Below are positions 53,532 through 64,000 of a DNA stretch of 64,000 nucleotides, one piece after another; position 1 is the stretch's first letter; each line of letters starts with the position of its first letter. This DNA comes from Eledone cirrhosa (lineage: Eukaryota). The DNA is taken from the NCBI GenBank assembly GCA_964016885.1, contig OZ024747.1:38378001-38442000 (forward strand). The letters are read 5' to 3'. The notes under the pieces are model-generated. The model was not told the origin of the DNA and searched no databases. It saw nothing but the letters and a program-made list of their open reading frames with translations. The translations under genes were made by a program, and so were the position numbers.

Positions 53532-53943
53532 AGCGGTGGATTGGCAGTATCGGTAGAGGGTCGGACGCCATGCTTTGCAGCATAGAGTTACGGCTATTTA
53601 TGATCTGAGCTCAAATACCGCAGAGGTTAACTTTGCCTTTCATCCTTATGGGGTCGATAAAATAAAGTACCAGTGACGCACTGGGGTCGATTTAATCGAC
53701 TTTCCCCTCCCCACAAATTACTAGCCTTGTGCCTATATAAGAAACCATTATTTTAGCGGTGGATTGGCAGTATCGGTAGAGGGTCGGACGCCATGCTTTC
53801 CAGCATAGTTACGTCCCTTTACGTTCTGAGTTCAAATCCCGTCGAGGTTGACTTTGCCTTTCATCCTTACGGGTACGATAAAATAAAGTACCAGTAATGC
53901 ACTGAGTATTTGCTGGCCTTGTGCCTAAAGTAGAAACAATTAT
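53532..53943 (+). mobile_element. Two tandem tRNA-derived SINEs (53532-53748 and 53755-53943)
   Basis: Same head and core as the other copies. The first carries an extra segment GGGGTCGATTTAATCGACTTTCCCCTCCCCAC. Confidence 0.9.
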
Positions 53944-54051
53944 TTTACTAATATCAATAAATATTGTGATGATCACAAAAACAAAATCAGCAGGAACACC
54001 CCCGAATAACTGAAATAAACAACTAGTATAGAAAGTAAATATTTAAAAATC

Positions 54052-54233
54052 GAATTGAATTATTAGCTTTTGCCATATTATTGAATACAGAAAGTAGTCT
54101 AATAATATGGCATATATAAACCTCCAAAACGGGAGGGGAAGCCCATTTTCGTCCGTTCTGGGGGCTTGTATATGCACTGTTATTAGACTACTTTCTGTAT
54201 TCAATAATACGCCGAAAGCTAATAATTCAATTC
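54052..54233. repeat. Imperfect hairpin with about 80-bp arms
   Basis: 54052-54131 is the reverse complement of 54152-54233. Confidence 0.8.
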
Positions 54234-54366
54234 AGTTTTCCAATTTCAATCACCACCGTCTTCGAAACAAACGTGAACAATGTTAAGTAATTAATACACT
54301 AAACATTAACACACAAAATACACAGTAACGTTCCAAGTGGCTTCCATAACTACAACATGTAGAGTT

Positions 54367-54568
54367 AATCCCGAACTGGCAAAGCTCCTCGGTAACACTG
54401 CCACGTCAGGGATTTCTTGAAGTTGTCCATGGGCCCCGGCCCGAAAGTTCTCCCGAAGAGATTGGCTAGTTGAATTTCATCGACGCCCAGAGTCTCCCTA
54501 AAGACGTCGTCGCTCTTTATCTCCCCAAACCCTCTATAGAACGCCAAGGTGGAGTTTCCACCGATCGT
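54367..54568 (-). mobile_element. Internal Tx1 ORF2 fragment
   Basis: IGGNSTLAFYRG...GPMDNFKKSLTWQCYRGALPVRD is nearly the same as 28578-28778. Confidence 0.9.
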
Positions 54569-55064
54569 ATTATTAATAACAATAAGCAAGACAGACGGTT
54601 TCATTTGTTATACGTATAACAGTTGCTATACTTGTTCTCGTCAGACAAGGCTTCAAACGAGTAAATGCAAATGTAAATATCCATTGATATGTTACTAACA
54701 ATTCATACATGTGTCCCTAGGAATCAAACGACCAATCTGGTAACTTAATACCGTAGCCAGTTCACAAACAGCAACACCAATTGGAATATCTATCTTCCAC
54801 ACATATAAGAACTGCTACTTGAGAATTTCGGACATATGCTTACTGGTCGGCAAAGGAAATAACACGTATGACTGGTAACTTATGAATGGGTGATACAACT
54901 GCCTTATGTATTTGAAATATGTCTAACAAAATAAATAGGGATGTAGAAATGAATACCGTCTTTGTTGTTAATTATTATGATAAAACTCCGGATGAAGAAA
55001 AACCATGGAGTGCTTTACATCTGTTAAGGAAAATCGGCAGATTTTCGATCAACCAATACTCTTC

Positions 55065-55136
<72 letters not shown>

Positions 55137-55174
55137 TAGAAATCGATTGACATATACATATGTATATAAAATAA

Positions 55175-55586
55175 ATATATGAAACAATCACAGGGGATAA
55201 TTTGCAAAGAGTGTAAGCAGACACAGCTAAGTAGGTAACTAATTAAAGTTTAACGAGAACTTCAAATATAGATGCCTTTTAAAAATGATTAATCTCCTTT
55301 TGTATATATTTCATTAAATAAATTTCATCAAATAAATTTTTAAAAGGGTTCTATATTTGAAGTTCTTGCTAAACTTTAATTAGTTACCTAACTAGCTGTG
55401 TGTGCTTATACTCTTTACAAATTATACCCTGTGATTTTTTCATATGTTTATTTTATATCTATATATATGTATATTATTCAAAATATTAACAAATGAAAGA
55501 TATTCACATAATCAAAATATATGCTTTATTATATATATTTCAAAGGTACTGTATTTTTTTTTTTCAGTACGTCTTCATCAGATAAA
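55175..55586. mobile_element. Family E element: inverted arms 55175-55285 and 55337-55445 plus an HHR at 55525-55586 (minus)
   Basis: TTTAT-CTGATGA-AGAC-GTACTG...CAGTAC-CTTT-GAAA-TATATA-TA-ATAAA. Confidence 0.78.
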
Positions 55587-55639
55587 ATATATGATTTGAT
55601 ATATGACATACCGCTACGTTCTTGATTATACAATTCCAG

Positions 55640-55732
<93 letters not shown>

Positions 55733-56174
55733 GTCAGTTGATTTCTAGTTGATATAAGTGCTTGGATCTATTCATTGGAATCTTTGAACATATTCTACAG
55801 AGGTTATGGCGCATGTTTCTCAGACATGACTTCCTTAATTTGGTTTTGATTATATATATATACATTCATTTTTTATGGCCAGTGGCGAGCTTTGTTACTC
55901 TAAATGTTTACTACTTGCACACTCAGCGGATCACCAGTCTTGTCTAATAATCCTGTGAGTATTCAGGTGAAACACCAGAGTAACATGGCCAACAACTTAG
56001 CAATAATAAATGAATATTTAAACTCTACTTCGGTACTGAATTTTCCGTCAATAATTCACGCAGACGACCACCAGTTCCGCTTATTAATTTTTTCAGATTT
56101 TTTCCACCGCTTATTAAATTTTGCTAATCTGTCACCGGCGAATTTTTTCGTAAGTGATTCATATTATGTGGCAC

Positions 56175-57540
56175 CATATATTACTACCAAACTCTCTCCC
56201 TCTCTATATCAAATAACACAAAACTCTCCCCCTCTATATATATGCTACATGTAACTTACAATACCCCTCTCTACATCAAATTAAAACCAAACTCTCCACC
56301 GTTCCATATCTATCATACAACACTCTCTCTTATTCTCTCTCACTCAATCCATCACTACAAAACTCCCCCTCTCTCTATATATTTATCAATGCCTATCTCT
56401 AACAATTCTATCCCTGTATTCATTTCCACAAAACTCTCCTCCTCTCTACATCAACCATACAACACCCTCTCCAATCCCCCTCTATACATCGATCAACACC
56501 AAACTCTTCCCCTCTCTACACGGAACTCTCTCCCAATACCCCTCTCTATATCAATTAACAGCAAACTCTCTCCCTCTCTATATTTACTACACGGTACTCT
56601 CTTGCAATCCTCCTCTCTTTATCAAATAACACCAACTCTTCCCCCCTCTATATCTACCACACGGAACTCCCTTTCAATACGCCCCTCTATATCAATTACC
56701 ACCAAACGCTGCCACTCTCTATACCAACTATATTGTGCCCCAATACCCCTATCTGTATCATTTAACACCAAAATCTCCCCCTCTCTATATCTATTACACG
56801 GAACTCTCTCCCAAACCCTCCTCTCTATATCAATTAACACCAAATTTCCTCCTCTCTAAATTTACAACACGGTACTTTCTTCCAATCCCCCTCTCTATAT
56901 CAATTACCACCGAACTCTCCCCCTCTTTAAATCTATTACATGGAACTATTTTCCAATCCCTTCTCTATATGAATTGCCACCAAAATATTCCCCTCTCTAT
57001 AGCTGCTACACGGAACTCTCTTTCAATACCCCTCTCTACATCAGTTTCCACCAAACTCTCCCGTTCTCTTTCAATCCATCTCCCTCTATTCATCACCAGT
57101 CAACCCTCCTTCTCTCTATATTTAATATACAACATTCTCTCCCAATCCCCGTCACTCAATCTATTACTACCATTCTCTCCACATCTACCATACAACACTC
57201 TTTAACAATTCTCCTCTCTATATCCATTGCCACAAATCCCTCGCCCTCTCTATATCTACCACGACAGAGTCTCCTTTCATCGCCCTCTCTATATCTACCT
57301 ATATTTATCTTTCTCAATCCTCCCTCTCTATACAAATAACCAAACCCTCCCCCTCTCTATATTTACCTTGCAACACTTTCATTATATTCCTCTTTATATA
57401 AATTAGTACCAAGCTCTCTTCCTCTTTATATCTACCATATCCAACCTCACTTCTAAATCAATCACCAGTAAACTCTTCCCCTCTAAATGTCTATTACGTG
57501 AAACTCTCTGTCAAAACTCTTTTCTCTATCTACCATACAA
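56175..57540. repeat. Degenerate C/T-rich minisatellite
   Basis: Recurrent AAACTCTCCCCCTCTCTATATC...ACACGGAACTCTC...CCAATACCCCTCTCTATATCAATTAACACC units. Confidence 0.85.
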
Positions 57541-57548
57541 GACTCACT

Positions 57549-58000
57549 ATAGCCACATTTACATATCAGCAGATATGCCAGTCAGTTTCATGTATACGAG
57601 ACATTAATGGCCGGCTTTGCCATATTCAAAGAACTAACACATAGTTTATCGTTGTACATGGCTGAATACAATAAATGTAATATGAGTTTTTCGAATATTG
57701 ATAATAATATTCGATTCATTTGCAATTATGCAAACCTTCTCTTTAAAGCCATGTCAGTAAAGTAACTCCATCATTCTTGCTCTTGTGTTGGGATGTAAAC
57801 AGAGCCGCAGACACTAATATTTCTGGGTGATTACCCTTCATCAGTAAAGTATACTGCTTAATTACCAACTGTCACAGCTAGTGAAATATATATTTTCTAA
57901 AATATATAGTGACTGTTATTTGAATATGGCAAAGCCGGCCATTAATCGCTCTTATACGTGAAACTAACTGGCGTATCTGCTGATATGCAAATCTGGCTGA
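57549..58000. mobile_element. Fold-back element (arms about 57549-57634 and 57916-57999) with an HHR-like motif at about 57806-57848 (minus); related to 42362-42521
   Basis: CTGATGA-A-GGGT-AATC-ACCC-A-GAAA-TATTAGTG-TC. The internal sequence matches 42362-42521, which is itself internally inverted. Confidence 0.75.
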
Positions 58001-58240
58001 TCAATGGGTCTGATAATACGCATATCATACTGATCAGCCAGTCTGCTAATATGCAAATCAGGCCGACCAGTCACTGTATATTTTAGAGAAAAAAAAAAAC
58101 AAAAACAAATTATATATATATATATATATATATAAAATTCAAGTTATCAATAATGTACTGATAATATATCGTCACGTTAGAGATGAACAGCGTACGTGTG
58201 GGTTTGCTCAACGAGTATAAATTATATTCCGGAGAAAATG

Positions 58241-59533
58241 TAGAAAAGATGAATATAAAATGAAAGTGCTTTTATAAAGGAATTTATTAGGTATTGACAT
58301 ATGTTTCTGTAACAGACGGAATACCTATGTATCGCTGCTTGCGTAATCATATAATGTTAGCAAGTATTCGATAGCAAATGTATAATCAGTTGTCACTTCT
58401 TCAGAGATATTGGATAAATTGGAAAAAATCAGAATATATATATATATATGGTTGTATATATAATGTGTTTTGCAATACACTTTATGCTTAATTAAAAGCA
58501 TTTTGAAAACCGTAAGCTATTGTTTTAAAGTAGTGACAAATTCACTCACTTTGATCTCAGCAAACAGGGGAGATAAGCCGACAAGTCTTGTTTCGCTTTG
58601 GTTGAAGCTTATCAAGGCCAACTACCCCACCTGTCTACTGAGATCATTGATGTTATATTCTTATAGAAATCTAGTAAATAATCAGGAGCTGATTATGCAG
58701 AGCGGTTGTTGGTCAGGCAGAAATAAAAAATTAGAATTGGAGCTCTGAAATAGCAATATATATATGGATGTATATATAATGTATTTTGCAATACACTTTA
58801 TGCTTAATTAAACATAAAGTTTATTGCAAAATACATTATATATACATCCATATATATATTGCTATTTCAGAGCTCTAATTCTACTTTTTTAATTTCTCCC
58901 TGACCAACAACCGCTCTGCATAATCAGCTCCTGATTATTTACTAGATTTCTATAAGAATATAACATCAATGATCTCAGTAGACAGGTGGGGTAGTTGGCC
59001 TTGATAAGCTTCAACCAAAGCGAAACAAGACTTGTCGGCTTATCTCCCCTGTTTGCTGAGATCAAAGTGAGTGAATTTGTCACTACTTTAAAACAATAGC
59101 TTACGGTCTTCAAAATGCTTTTAATTAAGCATAAAGTGTATTGCAAAATACATTATATATACATCCATATATATATTGCTATTTCAGAGCTCCAATTCTA
59201 ATTTATATATATATATATATATATTTATATGAATGAGTTTCAGAAGATCCCGTTAAGGGTGAAAGAAGCGATTCTTTGCTTAAACTTTAATCTGTTATTT
59301 TAATAAATATATATTTATATATATATATATATAAAATATTTTCTGATTTTTTCCAATTTATCCAATATCTCTGAAGAAGTGACAACTGATTATACATTTG
59401 CTATCGAATACTTGCTAACATTATATGATTACGCAAGCAGCGATACATAGGTATTCCGTCTGTTACAGAAACATATGTCAATACCTAATAAATTTCTTTA
59501 TAAAAGCACTTTCATTTTATATTCATCTTTTCT
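58241..59533. mobile_element. Outer fold-back element (arms 58241-58435 and 59337-59533), each arm with an HHR (59366-59483 plus; mirror copy minus)
   Basis: CTGAAGA-A-GTGACA...TGTTAC-A-GAAA-CATATG-TC. The arms are nearly identical. Confidence 0.85.
58445..59205. mobile_element. Family A fold-back element nested in the above; HHRs at 58576-58619 (minus) and 58997-59040 (plus)
   Basis: GGCC-TTGATAA-GCTT-CAACCA-AAGC-GAAA-CAAGACTTG-TC-GGCT. About 360-bp near-identical inverted arms with a centre near 58810. Confidence 0.88.
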
Positions 59534-59604
59534 ATATATATATATATATTATAGAATACTGTTAGCCTCTCGCTAAAACAATGAAAGGTATAGAAATACC
59601 TTTC

Positions 59605-59633
<29 letters not shown>

Positions 59634-59641
<8 letters not shown>

Positions 59642-60488
59642 TAAACGGAATAGAAAATGCTGACAAATTGTTCACGGTTGAAAAATGGTTTAATTAGGAA
59701 TAAAAGAGTATTAGTGATTGTATGGACTAGTATTCAGTTGTGGTTTTAAGTTTTTAAGTTTTTACCGGTTGCGCATTTCTAAATGCTTTTCAAAATTTAA
59801 AGATAATGCCACCCACACCCAGCGCATCAGCAAGGAATCTTACTTCATTAACAAATACGGACCCCGTCTAAACACTTCTCCCTAAGACGAACCCACAACA
59901 TACACACGTCAACATAATACCTACATCAGCACACATCTCTACCCACATATAAACACAATGACACACGTAAACACACATGCTCTATGGTGCAATACAAAAA
60001 AATATATGTGCATATATATGTATGTATATATGTATATATATATATATATATGTAGTGAAAATATATATGTGTGTGTGTGTGTGTATATATATATATAGTG
60101 AATATCATTTCACACCTTTTATTGTTAAGATTGTTGATGTTCTATTAAGAGAACCGATTTTACTGAAAAAATCGAATAATGTACACCATTTTACCAGGGG
60201 GAAAAAAATACTCGTCCACCCACACACGCACACACACACACACACACATATATACACAAACACATACACACGCGGACATCAACATACAAAGTGACTTATA
60301 CACACACACACACACACGCACTTCTCCGTATAAGACAAAAGCTGAAAAATATCTTTTGACCTTCGAATGACTCTGCTGTGTGTATGTACGCACACACACA
60401 CACACACACACACACACTTATCTTAATAGCCATTTGACACACATCGCTGCTGGCTATTGTCGCAGCATCGAACACCTTACTACTACTA

Positions 60489-60578
<90 letters not shown>

Positions 60579-61063
60579 TTGTTGTGAAAGAGTCATTTCT
60601 CAATCTTGGCGCAAAACCAATTTTTTATCCACATGACCTCTACCGACCAATCAAAATTGTTTTGACCAATAATTTTTGCTGGAGCCACTTTTCTAACATT
60701 TTAACATAAAAACAGTCTTGGCGCAAAATCAACTTTTTACATTCACATGACCTCTATCGACCAATCAAAATTGTTTTGACCACAAGCATTTTTGCAACAC
60801 AAAAATAACGCTGGAGCCATTTTTTTAACATAAAAACAGGTAGAATTCCCAAAACTAATCAGATCAGAGCAAACAGCACGGACACTCTATCTCAAAATTA
60901 TTTTTGAAAAGCATTTAGAAATGCGCAACCGGTAAAAACTTAAAAACTTAAAACCACAACTGAATACTAACCCATACAATCACTAATACTCTTTTATTCC
61001 TAATTAAACCATTTTTCAACTGTGAACAATTTGTCAGCATTTTCTATTCCGTTTACCAATATA
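59634..61063. mobile_element. pLTR-type element with about 165-bp inverted ends (59634-59797 and 60900-61063) and a variant HHR
   Basis: TTGAAAA-GCATTT-AG-AAATGC-GCAA-CCGG-TA at about 60904-60933. The body at 60600-60850 resembles the Penelope 3' UTR at 13050-13300. Confidence 0.75.
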
Positions 61064-61094
61064 TAATAACTTGTGTGTTACACCTCTATTCTTT

Positions 61095-61121
<27 letters not shown>

Positions 61122-61130
<9 letters not shown>

Positions 61131-64000
61131 GAAACACACAGATACATGCGGACACACACATATATACATGAATGCATCCGCACCCAACTGTGAGTTAAGG
61201 GTGCCAACTTCACCGATGTTGCTCAATGAATGACTGGGACAGACCAATTCAGTTTGAACCGGACTGAACCAGTATCAGAGTTAAAAATACATTATGAAGA
61301 GAGAAGAAACATTTAGATATAATTAGTAATAAAATGTATCATACCTAAACTGTTCCTAAATTCCTCGACTACGTAGTTTCGTGGCATAAACAAAAACAAT
61401 ATATCAAAGATATAGAGTCCTTGCGAGGTCTGCCGACTTATCAAGAGGATACCTCATTTTACTAGTCTCAAGAACGCGTCTACACGACGTGAGAAAGAAT
61501 CCCAAAAGGCGGAGGGGGAGATAGTCACGCGATATAACGGTCGAGAAACAGAGCTAAGCCTCTTATAACCACGAAGAAAATACCACGGAGGCGGAGGGGG
61601 TATTCATATCGAGGCCGCAGAAGAGGTAGTGAAGAAGGCGAGAAGTATGAGTAATGGAAGCTTTCCAGTTGTCCCCACACTTCAAAGATTGCTCGACCAG
61701 AGGGAGTTAATATATTTAGAAACACACAGATACATGCGGACACACACATATATACATGAATGCATCCGCACCCAACTGTGAGTTAAGGGTGCCAACTTCA
61801 CCGATGTTGCTCAATGAATGACTGGGACAGACCAATTCAGTTTGAACCGGACTGAACCAGTATCAGAGTTAAAAATACATTATGAAGAGAGAAGAAACAT
61901 TTAGATATAATTAGTAATAAAATGTATCATACCTAAACTGTTCCTAAATTCCTCGACTACGTAGTTTCGTGGCATAAACAAAAACAATATATCAAAGATA
62001 TAGAGTCCTTGCGAGGTCTGCCGACTTATCAAGAGGATACCTCATTTTACTAGTCTCAAGAACGCGTCTACACGACGTGAGAAAGAATCCCAAAAGGCGG
62101 AGGGGGAGATAGTCACGCGATATAACGGTCGAGAAACAGAGCTAAGCCTCTTATAACCACGAAGAAAATACCACGGAGGCGGAGGGGGTATTCATATCGA
62201 GGCCGCAGAAGAGGTAGTGAAGAAGGCGAGAAGTATGAGTAATGGAAGCTTTCCAGTTGTCCCCACACTTCAAAGATTGCTCGACCAGAGGGAGTTAATA
62301 TATTTAGAAACACACAGATACATGCGGACACACACATATATACATGAATGCATCCGCACCCAACTGTGAGTTAAGGGTGCCAACTTCACCGATGTTGCTC
62401 AATGAATGACTGGGACAGACCAATTCAGTTTGAACCGGACTGAACCAGTATCAGAGTTAAAAATACATTATGAAGAGAGAAGAAACATTTAGATATAATT
62501 AGTAATAAAATGTATCATACCTAAACTGTTCCTAAATTCCTCGACTACGTAGTTTCGTGGCATAAACAAAAACAATATATCAAAGATATAGAGTCCTTGC
62601 GAGGTCTGCCGACTTATCAAGAGGATACCTCATTTTACTAGTCTCAAGAACGCGTCTACACGACGTGAGAAAGAATCCCAAAAGGCGGAGGGGGAGATAG
62701 TCACGCGATATAACGGTCGAGAAACAGAGCTAAGCCTCTTATAACCACGAAGAAAATACCACGGAGGCGGAGGGGGTATTCATATCGAGGCCGCAGAAGA
62801 GGTAGTGAAGAAGGCGGGAAGTATGAGTAATGGAAGCTTTCCAGTTGTCCCCACACTTCAAAGATTGCTCGACCAGAGGGAGTTAATATATTTAGAAACA
62901 CACAGATACATGCGGACACACACATATATACATGAATGCATCCGCATCCAACTGTGAGTTAAGGGTGCCAACTTCACCGATGTTGCTCAATGAATGACTG
63001 GGACAGACCAATTCAGTTTGAACCGGACTGAACCAGTATCAGAGTTAAAAATACATTATGAAGAGAGAAGAAACATTTAGATATAATTAGTAATAAAATG
63101 TATCATACCTAAACTGTTCCTAAATTCCTCGACTACGTAGTTTCGTGGCATAAACAAAAACAATATATCAAAGATATAGAGTCCTTGCGAGGTCTGCCGA
63201 CTTATCAAGAGGATACCTCATTTTACTAGTCTCAAGAACGCGTCTACACGACGTGAGAAAGAATCCCAAAAGGCGGAGGGGGAGATAGTCACGCGATATA
63301 ACGGTCGAGAAACAGAGCTAAGCCTCTTATAACCACGAAGAAAATACCACGGAGGCGGAGGGGGTATTCATATCGAGGCCGCAGAAGAGGTAGTGAAGAA
63401 GGCGAGAAGTATGAGTAATGGAAGCTTTCCAGTTGTCCCCACACTTCAAAGATTGCTCGACCAGAGAGAGTTAATATATTTAGAAACACACAGATACATG
63501 CGGACACACACATATATACATGAATGCATCCGCACCCAACTGTGAGTTAAGGGTGCCAACTTCACCGATGTTGCTCAATGAATGACTGGGACAGACCAAT
63601 TCAGTTTGAACCGGACTGAACCAGTATCAGAGTTAAAAATACATTATGAAGAGAGAAGAAACATTTAGATATAATTAGTAATAAAATGTATCATACCTAA
63701 ACTGTTCCTAAATTCCTCGACTACGTAGTTTCGTGGCATAAACAAAAACAATATATCAAAGATATAGAGTCCTTGCGAGGTCTGCCGACTTATCAAGAGG
63801 ATACCTCATTTTACTAGTCTCAAGAACGCGTCTACACGACGTGAGAAAGAATCCCAAAAGGCGGAGGGGGAGATAGTCACGCGATATAACGATCGAGAAA
63901 CAGAGCTAAGCCTCTTATAACCACGAAGAAAATACCACGGAGGCGGAGGGGGTATTCATATCGAGGCCGCAGAAGAGGTAGTGAAGAAGGCGAGAAGTAT
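61122..64000 (-). repeat. Young tandem array of a 588-bp unit (at least 4.9 copies, continuing past the window), anchored in (TA)n
   Basis: Exact 588-bp period. I noticed only about four single-base differences among units (near 62817, 62947, 63468 and 63892). Confidence 0.97.
61362..61449 (-). ncRNA. Type I hammerhead ribozyme, U3-A8 variant; repeated at 61950-62037, 62538-62625, 63126-63213 and 63714-63801
   Basis: TCCTC-TTGATAA-GT(C)GGCA...TGCCAC-GAAA-CTACGTAG-TC-GAGGA: 5-bp stem I, stem II with one bulge, palindromic stem III ACTACGTAGT, GUC cleavage between 61367 and 61366. Confidence 0.85.

Noticed and set aside
56242-57339. 205, 156 and 121 aa ORFs
   Set aside because: They are low-complexity products of a minisatellite.
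61525-63513. Repeated 74-aa ORF in the tandem array
   Set aside because: It starts in a TG-rich tract, has no recognisable motif, and is repeated only because the unit is.
61122-64000. Array as a CRISPR, 5S rDNA, tRNA or snRNA cluster
   Set aside because: There are no variable spacers and no recognisable 5S, tRNA or U snRNA sequence; the context is eukaryotic.

Overview
AT-rich eukaryotic intergenic or intronic DNA saturated with (TA)n, (CA)n, (GA)n and (TTA)n microsatellites. The SINE family and repeat style suggest a cephalopod (octopus-like) genome, which is an inference. I can support no host gene; all recognisable coding sequence is transposon-derived. It includes two Tx1/L1-clade LINEs plus fragments, a near-intact R4/Dong REL-type LINE plus a fragment, RTE and CRE fragments, Penelope-like (GIY-YIG) remnants, an internally deleted Helitron with both termini, Tc1/mariner fossils and tRNA-derived SINEs. 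The most striking signal is non-coding: about 30 type I hammerhead ribozyme (HHR) motifs, found by eye and ranging from intact to degenerate, from roughly a dozen sequence families. They sit in short ORF-less elements built as partial tandem repeats and fold-back inverted repeats inside TA microsatellites. The window ends in a young 588-bp tandem array (61122-64000, running off the edge). Each unit carries an apparently intact minimal HHR with a U3-A8 core variant and a palindromic stem III, making it a candidate retrozyme-like, Penelope-dependent circular-RNA element.
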